The position numbers and the translations under genes were made by a program. Of a stretch of DNA of 52,902 nucleotides, positions 36,589 through 46,740 are shown piece by piece. The notes beneath the pieces are model-generated. The model worked only from the letters and a program-made list of their open reading frames with translations. It ran no database searches and was not told the origin of the DNA. Source of the DNA: an uncultured Candidatus Saccharibacteria bacterium. Lineage in GTDB: Bacteria; Patescibacteriota; Minisyncoccia; Phycocordibacterales; UBA2100. Position 1 is the stretch's first letter, and every line of letters starts with the position of its first letter. Location: NCBI GenBank assembly GCA_964410475.1, contig CAYPGH010000001.1, positions 1-52,902 on the forward strand. The letters are read 5' to 3'.

Positions 36589-37865
36589 AAGAATTTCTAT
36601 CTCAAACAGCCAATCTAAACCGTGCGATTGTCTCGGACGATTTTCTAAAGACACTCAATATAATCGGAAAGCGAATATCGCTCACGATTCACAAATATGG
36701 TACGGGAACACAATGCTTTGATTGGATTATCCCAAAAAAATGGTCAGTGCGCGGCGCGTATATTGAAACACTGTCGGGCAAACGCATACTCGACTGGAAA
36801 AACAATCCATTGCACATTGTAATTGGATCATTGCCTGTTAAACGCAAGAAAATCGCAAGAGCAGATCTCCTAAAGAAGATCTATGTAAGCAACGAATATC
36901 CATCACACATACCATATCAGTTTAAATACTACGAACTTGACTGGGGATTCTGTATGTCAAAGGACGATGCAGCGAAATTGTCTGAAGAAGAGTACTGGAT
37001 CGAAATTGATTCGGAATATACCGAAGGGAACTTGCTTGTCGGCGAACATGTCATTGAGGGGGAGAGTGAGAAAAGTATTGTACTGCTTTCGCATATTGAT
37101 CATCCCGGGCAGGTCAACGACGGTCTCGCCGGTGCGGCGGTACTGCTTGCGTTAGCTGAGGAGCTCAAAGAGTATAAGCCTACATATACGATTCGTATTC
37201 AGTTTCTCTCGGAGACGATTGGATCAATCGCTCACCTTCACAATCATCAGAAGATCATCCCGCAAATTCTTGGAGCGATATTCCTGGAGATGCCGGGCAC
37301 ACCGGCATACCCGATGGTTCTGCAGCACTCAAAACAAAAGAACTCGCGACTTGATCTCATTGCCGCAGCAGTGTTGCGCGATTCGGGTGAAAAAGTCGAA
37401 TACGCTGAGTGTTTCAAGCACGTTGTCAATGACGATGGCTTCTACAACAGCCCGGGTATTGATGTGCCATGCATCTCGCTCTCACGTTCAAAGAAACTTT
37501 CCCCGGAGAATTGGTACCATTTCCCGTACTATCACACGAGCGGGGATTCCATTGAGAACTTTGATATAGACGCCGCACAGAGATATTTGAAATACTTGAA
37601 AGAAATCTTGGAAATTGCCAATGCAGATCATCGCATCACAAAAAAATATCAAGGCATTCCAAATCTTTCACGACATGGTCTCTGGATTGATTGGCGACTG
37701 TATCCTAAAGCATCTCAGGCCATTGATTCAATACTGTTTAGTCTCGATGATGGGGTCACTATCTTTGACGTTGCGGAACTGACAGGGGTACCGTTTGAAG
37801 AAGTAAATTCTTTTGTAAAGAAGTTGGAGGAAAAAGACTTGGTGTCGCTTTCCATTGTTGTATGA
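36585..37865 (+). CDS. Aminopeptidase-like domain protein (DUF2172/DUF4910 type) with a C-terminal winged helix
   Basis: 426 aa. Contains FDWIIPKKWSVRGAYIE, and LLSHIDHPGQVNDGLAGAAVL (M28-like metal site region). This family recurs in polysaccharide loci. Confidence 0.55.
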   Translation: MKEFLSQTANLNRAIVSDDFLKTLNIIGKRISLTIHKYGTGTQCFDWIIPKKWSVRGAYIETLSGKRILDWKNNPLHIVIGSLPVKRKKIARADLLKKIYVSNEYPSHIPYQFKYYELDWGFCMSKDDAAKLSEEEYWIEIDSEYTEGNLLVGEHVIEGESEKSIVLLSHIDHPGQVNDGLAGAAVLLALAEELKEYKPTYTIRIQFLSETIGSIAHLHNHQKIIPQILGAIFLEMPGTPAYPMVLQHSKQKNSRLDLIAAAVLRDSGEKVEYAECFKHVVNDDGFYNSPGIDVPCISLSRSKKLSPENWYHFPYYHTSGDSIENFDIDAAQRYLKYLKEILEIANADHRITKKYQGIPNLSRHGLWIDWRLYPKASQAIDSILFSLDDGVTIFDVAELTGVPFEEVNSFVKKLEEKDLVSLSIVV

Positions 37866-38665
37866 AAATCGCGCTTTTTACCGGCACGGCATATCGCCAT
37901 CTCTATTATGCGAATACAATCGCGGCGTGCGGTAATGTTGTACTACACGTCAAAACAACCCGGAGCAATAATTTGACCGATGAAGTGAAGGGTGCCTCAT
38001 ACAGCGCGGAAGATACTCGGCTCTTGCAAGAACATAGCGATCTGCGGCTCGCCAAAGAACGTGAGTATTTCCTGTCGCGCGCTGAAGAGCAATCCGGCAT
38101 CCCAATGTCACTCGAGGTTCCAATGAACGAATTAAACACAGAACAGGTAATCGATGCTGTCCGTAAAAGTGCTCCTGATGTCGTGCTTGTGTATGGCACC
38201 GGACTGATTAAATCTGCTCTTCTTTCGGCTATGCCGAAGTGGGTCATTAATCTTCACGCGGGGCTTTCCCCCTACTATCGCGGTGGGGCGACCTTGTATT
38301 GGCCGGTCTATTTCATGCAGCCCCAATACGTTGGTTATACCTTGCACATCATAGATACGCAGATTGATCATGGGGCAATTCTCCATCAGAATAGGCCGGA
38401 GATTAAAGCTGGGGATACCATCCATGATCTTGGATGCAGAACGATTGTTGTTGCGGCCGCGGACACATTGAAACTCCTGGACAAGATCAAAAGGAACGAT
38501 ATCGAATTCCATGAGCCACACTCGGCGGGCAGGGTATTTTACGAGGCAGACTTCAAACCATACCACTTGCGTGTTACTGATTATTTGATGAAAAATGGAT
38601 TGTTTGCGGAATATTTACAACATAAAGACTTGTTTCCAGATCCGCGCATTATTCAGCAGGTATAG
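37862..38665 (+). CDS. Formyltransferase family protein (Fmt/PurN-like N-terminal domain)
   Basis: VINLHAGLSPYYRGGATLYWP matches the formyl_trans_N HxSLLPxxRG block. Confidence 0.65.
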   Translation: MKIALFTGTAYRHLYYANTIAACGNVVLHVKTTRSNNLTDEVKGASYSAEDTRLLQEHSDLRLAKEREYFLSRAEEQSGIPMSLEVPMNELNTEQVIDAVRKSAPDVVLVYGTGLIKSALLSAMPKWVINLHAGLSPYYRGGATLYWPVYFMQPQYVGYTLHIIDTQIDHGAILHQNRPEIKAGDTIHDLGCRTIVVAAADTLKLLDKIKRNDIEFHEPHSAGRVFYEADFKPYHLRVTDYLMKNGLFAEYLQHKDLFPDPRIIQQV

Positions 38666-38669
38666 TGGG

Positions 38670-39707
38670 ATGCTTGATTTAGGCCGTGAAGAGGCTACTA
38701 TGGTCCGCATGTCGGCCGATATAATCACTGGGAAAACTGTACTTATTACAGGAGGTACGGGCTCTTTCGGCAGAGCATGCGTTCGGAAGCTCCTCACAGA
38801 ACACAAGCCGAAAGCGATTCGCGTTTTCAGCCGCGACGAGCTAAAACAGTGGGAGATGCGACATGAGTTTAAGGACGACCCACGACTGCGTTTCCTAATA
38901 GGTGATGTGCGTGATGCGGGGCGCATCAATCGTGCGACTGAAGATGTAGATATCATTATTCATGCGGCGGCCATGAAGCAGGTGCCTGCGTGCGAGTACA
39001 ATCCGATTGAGGCCATTCGGACCAATGTGGACGGCGCCGTCAACGTTATAAACGCGGCACTCGACAATAATGTGCCGCGCGTAGTTGCGCTCTCGACCGA
39101 CAAAGCAGTGAGCCCCGTGAACCTCTACGGCGCGACTAAACTTTGCTCTGACAGACTTTTCATACAATCGAATGAATACCGAGGTTCGAAGCGCACCACG
39201 ATGTTTAGTGTTGTTCGCTACGGCAACGTGATGGGAAGCCGCGGCTCTGTCATTCCGCTTTTTCGCGCACAGAAGGAGAAAGGGGAGTTGACGATTACCC
39301 ATGAGGACATGACGCGCTTTTGGATTTCACTACCTGAAGCGGTGGATCTAGTGCTCTCATCACTCCAAGTAATGCAAGGGGGAGAACTTTTTGTGCCGAA
39401 GATTCCGACGATGAAAATCGTGGATCTCGCAAAGACAATTGCTCCGAAAGCAACGTGTCGGATCATTGGAATCCGTCCTGGCGAAAAGGTGCACGAGTGC
39501 CTCGTTACCAAAGAAGAGGGGCGCCACGTGTACGAGTTGAAAGATCGCTACATAATTATATCGCCGTCGCTCTCCGATATGCCCGATATAAAGAAATACA
39601 AAGGCGCGAAGCGCATGAAAAATGGTTTTGAATATCACAGCGACACGAACCATCACTACCTATCGGTTTTAGACATGAAAGATCTTTTGTCCAAGATGGA
39701 CCACTGA
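38670..39707 (+). CDS. pseB: UDP-N-acetylglucosamine 4,6-dehydratase (PseB/FlaA1/CapD-like)
   Basis: ORF 38595..39707; ATG at 38670 follows the upstream stop. Contains GKTVLITGGTGSFGRACVRKLL, VFSRDELKQWEM, FLIGDVRD, IIIHAAAMKQVPACEYNP. I cannot tell PseB from LegB-type by eye. Confidence 0.8.
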   Translation: MLDLGREEATMVRMSADIITGKTVLITGGTGSFGRACVRKLLTEHKPKAIRVFSRDELKQWEMRHEFKDDPRLRFLIGDVRDAGRINRATEDVDIIIHAAAMKQVPACEYNPIEAIRTNVDGAVNVINAALDNNVPRVVALSTDKAVSPVNLYGATKLCSDRLFIQSNEYRGSKRTTMFSVVRYGNVMGSRGSVIPLFRAQKEKGELTITHEDMTRFWISLPEAVDLVLSSLQVMQGGELFVPKIPTMKIVDLAKTIAPKATCRIIGIRPGEKVHECLVTKEEGRHVYELKDRYIIISPSLSDMPDIKKYKGAKRMKNGFEYHSDTNHHYLSVLDMKDLLSKMDH

Positions 39708-39708
39708 T

Positions 39709-40782
39709 ATGAAGAAGTCGTTCCAGTTCTCGCGGACAATCACCATTGACGGGCGCCGAATTGGGGAAGAACAACCTACATATTTCATTGCCGATATTGG
39801 TGCTAATTTCGATGGAGACCTGAAAAAAGCAAAAAAGCTAGCCCTTGAAGTGAAGCAGGCTGGTGGCGATGTTGCGAAAATTCAAAGCTTCAAAGCAAAA
39901 AAGATAGTGTCGAGCAAAGGATTCGCCTCAATGAAACTGAAAGGTGTTCACGGAAGCTGGAAACGGCCGGTTAATGAGGTATTTGCCGAAGTCGAATTCC
40001 CACGCAAGTGGCATAAAGATTTTTTTGAATATTGTCGCTCCATTGGCATCACGCCCTCATCTTCCCCATATGATTACGAAGCAGTAGATTTGATGGAAGA
40101 AATAGGCACTGATTTTTACAAAATAGGTTCGGGCGATATCACGTGGCTTGAGATGGTGGAATATATCGCGCGCAAGGGAAAACCCGTGATTCTTGCCACA
40201 GGCGCTTCTACTCTCTCTGAGGTAGACGAGGCGGTGCGAGTAATAGAAAAAACTGGGAATAGAGATCTAGCAATACTCCAGTGCATAACAAACTATCCTT
40301 CAAAGATAGAGAGTGCGAATATCAACGTGCTCAAAACCTACCAAGAGGCATTCGGCGCGATAGTCGGTTACTCTGACCACTCGCCGGGGGATACAGTTGT
40401 CTTGGGCTCAGTTGCATTGGGAGCCAAAGTTATCGAAAAACATTTTACACTGAGTAAGAAAGACAAAGGGCCAGATCATCCGCATTCAATGGAGCCGCAA
40501 GAATTCGCCGATATGATCCGCCGTACGCGCGATCTGGAAAGCGCGATGGGCTCTTCGAGAAAAGATGTTGTTGTAGAAGAATCGGAGACCGTTATCGTTC
40601 AGCGTCGCGGACTGACCGTGGCAAAAGATGTTGCGAAGGGCGCGACGTTAAAGAAAAGTGACATTATCGAATTACGCCCCGCACTCGGCATCTACCCCAA
40701 ATTTAAAGATGCTGTCGTCGGCAAGAAGGTGAAAAAGGCACTAAAAGCTGGCGAGCCGATTCGCTGGGAGGATATCGCGTAA
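39709..40782 (+). CDS. NeuB-family nonulosonic acid synthase (NeuB/PseI/LegI) with a C-terminal SAF domain
   Basis: Contains YFIADIGANFDGDLKKAKKL, KIGSGDITWLEM, ILQCITNYPS, VGYSDHSPG, EKHFTL. Confidence 0.85.
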   Translation: MKKSFQFSRTITIDGRRIGEEQPTYFIADIGANFDGDLKKAKKLALEVKQAGGDVAKIQSFKAKKIVSSKGFASMKLKGVHGSWKRPVNEVFAEVEFPRKWHKDFFEYCRSIGITPSSSPYDYEAVDLMEEIGTDFYKIGSGDITWLEMVEYIARKGKPVILATGASTLSEVDEAVRVIEKTGNRDLAILQCITNYPSKIESANINVLKTYQEAFGAIVGYSDHSPGDTVVLGSVALGAKVIEKHFTLSKKDKGPDHPHSMEPQEFADMIRRTRDLESAMGSSRKDVVVEESETVIVQRRGLTVAKDVAKGATLKKSDIIELRPALGIYPKFKDAVVGKKVKKALKAGEPIRWEDIA

Positions 40783-40788
40783 CGCTCT

Positions 40789-41358
40789 ATGTCTCGAGAG
40801 GAATTCGTGACGCTCATTGAGAAGGATGTACCGCGCACAGCAGACGTCATTTTTCTCTTGCAGGGAGACGGGCTCAACCGTGTGCCCTTTGCCGCTGATC
40901 TATTCGCGAAAGGTTATGCGCCGATTGTAGCGATAGTTGGCAGTGATACGCGTCGTGATTACGGAAGTTTCCCTGGCACGGAAATTAGGGAAGCACTTTT
41001 GGAATGCGGTGTCCCATCCTCTTCCATACACCTTGAGGAAATAGCGCCACATACCAAAGCGGAGGCCGTGCGAGCAATGGAGCTTGCGAAAGAGAGAAAG
41101 TGGCGCACAATTCTTATCGTCACGTCGCCTCACCACCAATACCGCGCATTTCTCACGTTTCTTCAGTCCATGAAAGATGCCGGTCTTTCTCTCACGCTCG
41201 TCAATGTATGCGCGCCGCTCTCGTGGGAAGAAGACACGCCGTGGGGCCAGCGCAAAGATCATCTAGAAGGAGAACTTCAGAAGATAAGAGACTATGGTTT
41301 GCGGGGAGATGTTGCAACATATGAAGAGGGGTTAGAATATCTTAAAGAGAGACTATGA
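40789..41358 (+). CDS. DUF218 (YdcF-like) domain protein
   Basis: Contains ADVIFLLQGDG, IVAIVGSD, ILIVTSPHHQYRAFLTF. Confidence 0.6.
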   Translation: MSREEFVTLIEKDVPRTADVIFLLQGDGLNRVPFAADLFAKGYAPIVAIVGSDTRRDYGSFPGTEIREALLECGVPSSSIHLEEIAPHTKAEAVRAMELAKERKWRTILIVTSPHHQYRAFLTFLQSMKDAGLSLTLVNVCAPLSWEEDTPWGQRKDHLEGELQKIRDYGLRGDVATYEEGLEYLKERL

Positions 41359-41972
41359 ATGAAGAAACAGCACGACAAATATTGGGAAAACACTTTATTG
41401 GCTCGGAAGAACTAAAAAGTCTCCCCATCTTGTTTCAATGTAAAAACGTGAATGCTCCGGACATCTCATTTACCGCCGATGTACTTCGTGAACGAGCAAA
41501 AACACATATATTGATTCTCACCCCACCGATAGAGGACATCACACTCAACGGTCTGCGTGAAAAATTCGGAATGGATCCTGCCGTATCAGAGCCGTGTATG
41601 TACAACCAAGATTGGTACGTGAAAGAAACATTTGCGAATCTTCCGCTCGATGGAAAGTGGCACTTAATTCGGAAAGATGTACTCGAAGAGGGGCGCTCCA
41701 AACAGCCTGAAGATATCGAGGCGGCGCTCCAAGGAGAAGGATTCCCTAGCGCTATAACTGTGGCATTCACTTTTTTTGTGTGGTGGCATTTGCAAAAGGA
41801 GGTACTGTGGAGACACGATTTTCTCTGGTCTCAAGATCGTGACCACAATAATGATCGTGTCTATGTTGGGCGCTACGAGGACCCTGATGGCGTAAACAAA
41901 AAGGGATTCAACATCCACCGCCATCTTTCGCTCCGCCATTCATACACCGCCGCGCCGGAGGTGATACTATAA
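41355..41972 (+). CDS. Hypothetical protein
   Basis: 205-aa ORF with an ATGA overlap upstream and a 4-nt gap downstream. No recognisable motif. Confidence 0.4.
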   Translation: MNEETARQILGKHFIGSEELKSLPILFQCKNVNAPDISFTADVLRERAKTHILILTPPIEDITLNGLREKFGMDPAVSEPCMYNQDWYVKETFANLPLDGKWHLIRKDVLEEGRSKQPEDIEAALQGEGFPSAITVAFTFFVWWHLQKEVLWRHDFLWSQDRDHNNDRVYVGRYEDPDGVNKKGFNIHRHLSLRHSYTAAPEVIL

Positions 41973-41976
41973 CCGT

Positions 41977-43194
41977 ATGCATGAGTACATAAATCGTATA
42001 GGCGAGAAAGAAAGGATGTATGTCGAGGAAGTGCTTGCAAGTGATTTTTCGAATTCACGGGGCACAAATATGCTGGCGCGATTCGAGAAAGCGTTTGCGG
42101 AAAAGTTCGGCATGAAATATGCGATAGCTCATACGAACGGAACGGCGACTCTACACTCTGCCCTTTATGCCGCGGGTGTGCGTGCGGGCGACGAAGTCAT
42201 AACGACTCCACTCACGATGTCGGCGACATGCATGGCGATTCTGCATGCCGATGCGGTGCCTGTTTTTGCGGATGTTGTTGAATATACATTTCAGATTGAT
42301 CCGAAATCTATTGAAAAATTGATAACCCCGCGCACCAAAGCCATAATGACCGTCGCACTCTACGGGCTTTCGCCAGAGATGGACGAAATTATGGATATCG
42401 CTAAGAGGCACGATCTTGTAGTTATAGAAGATGATGCGCAGTGCTTTCTAGGGTTTTACAAAGGACGCATAGTCGGTTCGATTGCAGACTTCTCGAGTTT
42501 CAGCTTGCAGTCAACTAAACATATGACACCTGGTGAAGGAGGGCTTGTGTGTACCAACAATGCAAGCGCGGCTGACTTAATACGGCGGTTTTCGGTTCTC
42601 GGTTACGGTAGTGTGTCACGCGCAAAAGGGATTATTACAAAGGATGACATTCAGAATCCAAACTACGAGCGGCATGTTCAAATGGGCTACAACTACCGTA
42701 TGCCCGAACTGTGCGCCGCGGTCGCTCTCGGACAGCTTGAGCATCTCGACGAACTCGTACAGCGCCGTGTTGACGTCGCGAATCTTTTCCTCGACTCTAT
42801 GGCGGGATGTTCATGGTTAAAACCGCAAGTCACCCCATCGCATTCAGTGAATTCATACTGGTCTCTTGCCGTGCGTCTGGTAAACGCCGATATAGAATGG
42901 ACAGCATTTCGGAAAAAATATATTGAACTTGGTGGAGACGGTATCTACGCCGCATGGATGCTTTCATACCTCGAACCGATGTTCCAAAAAGAATCGCGCA
43001 ATTTCTCTGGCAAGGAGCGCGTCATAGAGGCGACGTATAAGGGAGAGATGCAGAAATGGAAGACAGGACTGTGCCCGGTCGCGGAAAGGATTCAGCCTCA
43101 GATACTTGCGTTCAAAACGAATTATTGGGATTGGGAACGCGCGAAACAGCAAGCGGAGGTTTTGAGGAAGACAATTGCTTTCTATGGCAATTAA
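41977..43194 (+). CDS. DegT/DnrJ/EryC1/StrS family sugar aminotransferase
   Basis: Contains FEKAFAEKFGMKYAIAHTNGTATL, and FSLQSTKHMTPGEGG with the PLP lysine present. Confidence 0.85.
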   Translation: MHEYINRIGEKERMYVEEVLASDFSNSRGTNMLARFEKAFAEKFGMKYAIAHTNGTATLHSALYAAGVRAGDEVITTPLTMSATCMAILHADAVPVFADVVEYTFQIDPKSIEKLITPRTKAIMTVALYGLSPEMDEIMDIAKRHDLVVIEDDAQCFLGFYKGRIVGSIADFSSFSLQSTKHMTPGEGGLVCTNNASAADLIRRFSVLGYGSVSRAKGIITKDDIQNPNYERHVQMGYNYRMPELCAAVALGQLEHLDELVQRRVDVANLFLDSMAGCSWLKPQVTPSHSVNSYWSLAVRLVNADIEWTAFRKKYIELGGDGIYAAWMLSYLEPMFQKESRNFSGKERVIEATYKGEMQKWKTGLCPVAERIQPQILAFKTNYWDWERAKQQAEVLRKTIAFYGN

Positions 43195-43942
43195 TGGCAA
43201 AAAAGTTGTTGCGACGATAGAAGGTCGTATGACCTCGACACGCCTGCCCGGTAAGATATTAATGCCGCTTGCTGGCAAACCAGTCATGGCACATATGATA
43301 GAGCGACTACGCAGGAGCAAATATACAGACGAGGTAGTGGTCGCGACGACAACAAACACGGCCGATGACCCTGTCGTTGCACTTTGCGAGGAAATGAAAT
43401 GCGCGTATTTTCGTGGGAGTGAAGACGACGTGCTCGGACGTATCGTTGGAGCGGGGGACGAGCATGGCGCCGATATTCTTGTGCAAGGTATGGCCGACAG
43501 CCCACTCGTGGATTGGCGGCTTGTTGATCGATGTGTTGAACTCTTTGAAAAAGAAGGAGCAGATTGCGCGAGTAATGAATTCACCGAAACGTTTCCCGTG
43601 GGTTTCGATGTTCGAGCATACAAATTTGAGACACTTCGCCGGGCGCAGATGCACGATACTGATCCGGCGTACCGCGAGCACGCTGGCTATTCTATCCGTT
43701 CCCAGGCAGGAAAATTCAAGCTTTCCAATTGGGAGGCGGAGGGAGCGATGCATTGGCCAGAACTCCGACTCACACTGGACACCGCCGAGGACTATGCACT
43801 TATTGGTGCAGTGTATGATGCGTTGTATCCTGAGAACCCCGATTTCTCTTCAGAAGATGTGATTGTGTTTTTGAAAAATCGGCCGGATCTTGTGGCTATC
43901 AACAGCGCCGTCGCGCAGAAGGTCCCAACGATATCGACCTGA
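43184..43942 (+). CDS. Cytidylyltransferase (CTP_transf_3; SpsF/PseF/NeuA-like)
   Basis: ORF 43175..43942 (TTG); ATG at 43184. Contains VVATIEGRMTSTRLPGKILMPLAGKPVMAHMIERL, EVVVATT. Confidence 0.75.
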   Translation: MAINGKKVVATIEGRMTSTRLPGKILMPLAGKPVMAHMIERLRRSKYTDEVVVATTTNTADDPVVALCEEMKCAYFRGSEDDVLGRIVGAGDEHGADILVQGMADSPLVDWRLVDRCVELFEKEGADCASNEFTETFPVGFDVRAYKFETLRRAQMHDTDPAYREHAGYSIRSQAGKFKLSNWEAEGAMHWPELRLTLDTAEDYALIGAVYDALYPENPDFSSEDVIVFLKNRPDLVAINSAVAQKVPTIST

Positions 43943-43955
43943 TTTTATTTGTGCT

Positions 43956-44188
<233 letters not shown>

Positions 44189-44264
44189 CTAAATTATAGT
44201 AAGGTCAAACAGGATTTTTAGTTGCACTCTCGCAGAATTCTTGCATGATGAGGGCACAGAGAGT

Positions 44265-45335
44265 ATGAAATCAAAATCACAAAACCGATGGGTCGTCATT
44301 ATGGCGGGAGGGGAAGGAACGCGACTATGGCCCATGAGTAGCGGCGAAAAGCCGAAACAATTCCACTCGTTTCTCGGCGAATTATCCCTCCTACAATCGA
44401 TGTATGCTCTCCTTGCTCAATCGGTCAGAAAAGAACGGATATTGGTTCAAGTTTCTCCGCGTCTCCTTCCTCTGGTTAAGAAACAACTTCCCACACTCTC
44501 AAAGGAGCAGATAGTAGTAGAGCCAGAAGCGCGGGATACGGGGCCGGCATTTGCGTTCGCCGCCGCTTCGATCCTCGTTCGCGACCTGAACGCAGTTATT
44601 GGTTTCTATTATTCTGACCACCTCATACAATCAGAGAAGGCATTTAAGCAAACACTTGAACAAAGCTTCCGGACCGCTGAAGCATTTCCGGACCATCTTG
44701 TACTTGTCGGAGTTCAACCACTCTATCCTCACACTGGCTTGGGCTACATGGAATTGGGCAAGTCGGTCACCAGCTCAGGAGTATCCGCTCAGCAGGTGAA
44801 GTCTTTCATAGAGAAGCCTGACCGTGCCCGGGCAAAACGCATGACACTGTCAAAGCGATATCTTTGGAATACTGGATATAAGATAGCGCCTGCGAAACAT
44901 ATTTTAAAGATGCTTGCCGAATCTGATGCGCTCTATGCCAAACACCTTCCACAACTGAATGATGCGATCCAGAAACATAACGCCCGAGCGATGGCTTCTG
45001 TATTCAAAAAGTTGCCTAAATGCTCCTTTGAATACACCGTAACAGAAAAGGCCACCGGTCTTCTCGCGGTGGAATCCGACATGATCTGGTCCGATATCGG
45101 TGATTGGGAAGCCATCTACCAGACATTGGAGAACAAACGGGAAGGAACACTTCAAATGGTTGGTCGGGTGGCCGAGCACGGTTCACGAAACTCCCTTCTC
45201 GTCAGTTACCATCGTCCCATCGTCGCAGTCGGCCTCGCCAACGTTATTGTTGTTGAAACGAAGGACGGCATCTTGGTCATGGCTAAGGGGCACAGCCAGC
45301 ACGTAAAAAAAGCGCTCTTGAAGCTTCGTTCATAA
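44265..45335 (+). CDS. manC: Mannose-1-phosphate guanylyltransferase-like nucleotidyltransferase
   Basis: ORF 44241..45335 (TTG); ATG at 44265. Contains WVVIMAGGEGTRLWPMSSGEKPKQF, VVEPEARDTGPA, GLGYME. It lacks the C-terminal PMI cupin, which may be the separate gene at 46312. Confidence 0.75.
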   Translation: MKSKSQNRWVVIMAGGEGTRLWPMSSGEKPKQFHSFLGELSLLQSMYALLAQSVRKERILVQVSPRLLPLVKKQLPTLSKEQIVVEPEARDTGPAFAFAAASILVRDLNAVIGFYYSDHLIQSEKAFKQTLEQSFRTAEAFPDHLVLVGVQPLYPHTGLGYMELGKSVTSSGVSAQQVKSFIEKPDRARAKRMTLSKRYLWNTGYKIAPAKHILKMLAESDALYAKHLPQLNDAIQKHNARAMASVFKKLPKCSFEYTVTEKATGLLAVESDMIWSDIGDWEAIYQTLENKREGTLQMVGRVAEHGSRNSLLVSYHRPIVAVGLANVIVVETKDGILVMAKGHSQHVKKALLKLRS

Positions 45336-45351
45336 GCGTTAGCATGTTGGT

Positions 45352-46305
45352 ATGAAGAAAATTCTTGTTACAGGCGGTGCGGGGTTCATTGGCTCCAATT
45401 GTTGCAATGCACTCGCGCGAGATGGGCATATCGTAGTCGCTTTCGATAACTTGTCACTCGGGACGGGAGATGCTCTTGAGCCAGGGGTCCAGTTGGTGAA
45501 GGGAGATGTGCGGGACGCCGCCGCTCTCCAAGCTCTCGGGCCAGTTGACTTCGTGATTCACTTGGCGGCCGCTTCCTCTGCCCCTATGTTTATGGACGAT
45601 TTTATAGGGAGTATAGCTAACAACGTTTTGGGGCACGTCACCGTCTTAGAATATGCCAGGAAGAATGGAGTCCAGAAAGTCCTCTTCGCGTCGACTTCAT
45701 CAATTTACGGCAACAACCCTACGCCGCTCACAGAGGACCAACGCGTTGAGCCGCCAAATTTCTACTCGGTGACGAAACATGCACAAGAAGAATTATCCTC
45801 GGTGTATAGTGCGCTCCATCAGCTTGAGATAATCGGTTTTCGCTTCATGAGTGTCTATGGGCTCCACGAAGAACACAAGGGAAGATTTGCCAACCTCGTT
45901 TCCCAATTTATATGGGGAATAGAAAAGAGGAAGCGTCCTGTTTTGTACGGGGATGGAAATCAAACCCGCGATTTCGTGAATGTACGGGATATCATCGAAG
46001 CCTTCCGGCTTGTCTTAGAGACTCCCAAACGATTCGGATATACGGTATTTAACATTGGTACCGAACGCTCATTAAGTTTACGTGAACTCGTTTCGGTCAT
46101 TGGCGGCGTCATGGGAGAAGCCATTGAGCCGATTCTCATCCCCAACCCAATCTCTAAAGGGTACGTTATGGCACAGCAGGCCGACGCGTCGAAGATAAAA
46201 AGCGAATTGAACTTCGAAGCATCGGTCACGCTCGATACTGGGGTACGAGAAATTGTTGAATATCGCAAGAAACACAAGAAAGAACCAACTTCGCTCAGTT
46301 TTTAA
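45352..46305 (+). CDS. NAD-dependent epimerase/dehydratase (extended SDR)
   Basis: Contains MKKILVTGGAGFIGSN, YSVTKHAQE (YxxxK). 317 aa. Confidence 0.8.
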   Translation: MKKILVTGGAGFIGSNCCNALARDGHIVVAFDNLSLGTGDALEPGVQLVKGDVRDAAALQALGPVDFVIHLAAASSAPMFMDDFIGSIANNVLGHVTVLEYARKNGVQKVLFASTSSIYGNNPTPLTEDQRVEPPNFYSVTKHAQEELSSVYSALHQLEIIGFRFMSVYGLHEEHKGRFANLVSQFIWGIEKRKRPVLYGDGNQTRDFVNVRDIIEAFRLVLETPKRFGYTVFNIGTERSLSLRELVSVIGGVMGEAIEPILIPNPISKGYVMAQQADASKIKSELNFEASVTLDTGVREIVEYRKKHKKEPTSLSF

Positions 46306-46311
46306 CAAAAG

Positions 46312-46731
46312 GTGGATATGGATACTCGGAAGGTCATATCCACGAACGTATTCTCCAGAAGCGCGGTCGTTGTCGAAGTATTTGCGCTCATTGCCTGTGG
46401 CGGCGAGTATTACGGATGGGATACTGGTAAAAACTGGTACGTCAAAACAATGTACGTTAAGCCACAAAAACGTCTCTCTCTCCAGTACCACCATCATCGC
46501 TCTGAACGTTGGATATTGGTGGAGGGCGATCTAACGGCAGTCATTGTAAAGAACGGCATTCGCACTGAACATCCACTCAAGGTAGGCGATACCTTCATCG
46601 TGCATAAAGGAACTGCCCATCGCCTGATGTCCAAGCGTGGAGGAGTGGTCGTTGAGGTAGCTATTGGGAGTACATTCAACGAGGAAGATATTGTGCGTCT
46701 AGAAGATGATCACGGACGAACAACAACCTAA
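46312..46731 (+). CDS. Cupin domain protein (type II phosphomannose isomerase C-terminal-like)
   Basis: VKPQKRLSLQYHHHRSERWILVEGDL...GDTFIVHKGTAHRL matches the PMI type II cupin core. Confidence 0.65.
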   Translation: MDMDTRKVISTNVFSRSAVVVEVFALIACGGEYYGWDTGKNWYVKTMYVKPQKRLSLQYHHHRSERWILVEGDLTAVIVKNGIRTEHPLKVGDTFIVHKGTAHRLMSKRGGVVVEVAIGSTFNEEDIVRLEDDHGRTTT

Positions 46732-46740
46732 ACTTCATAT

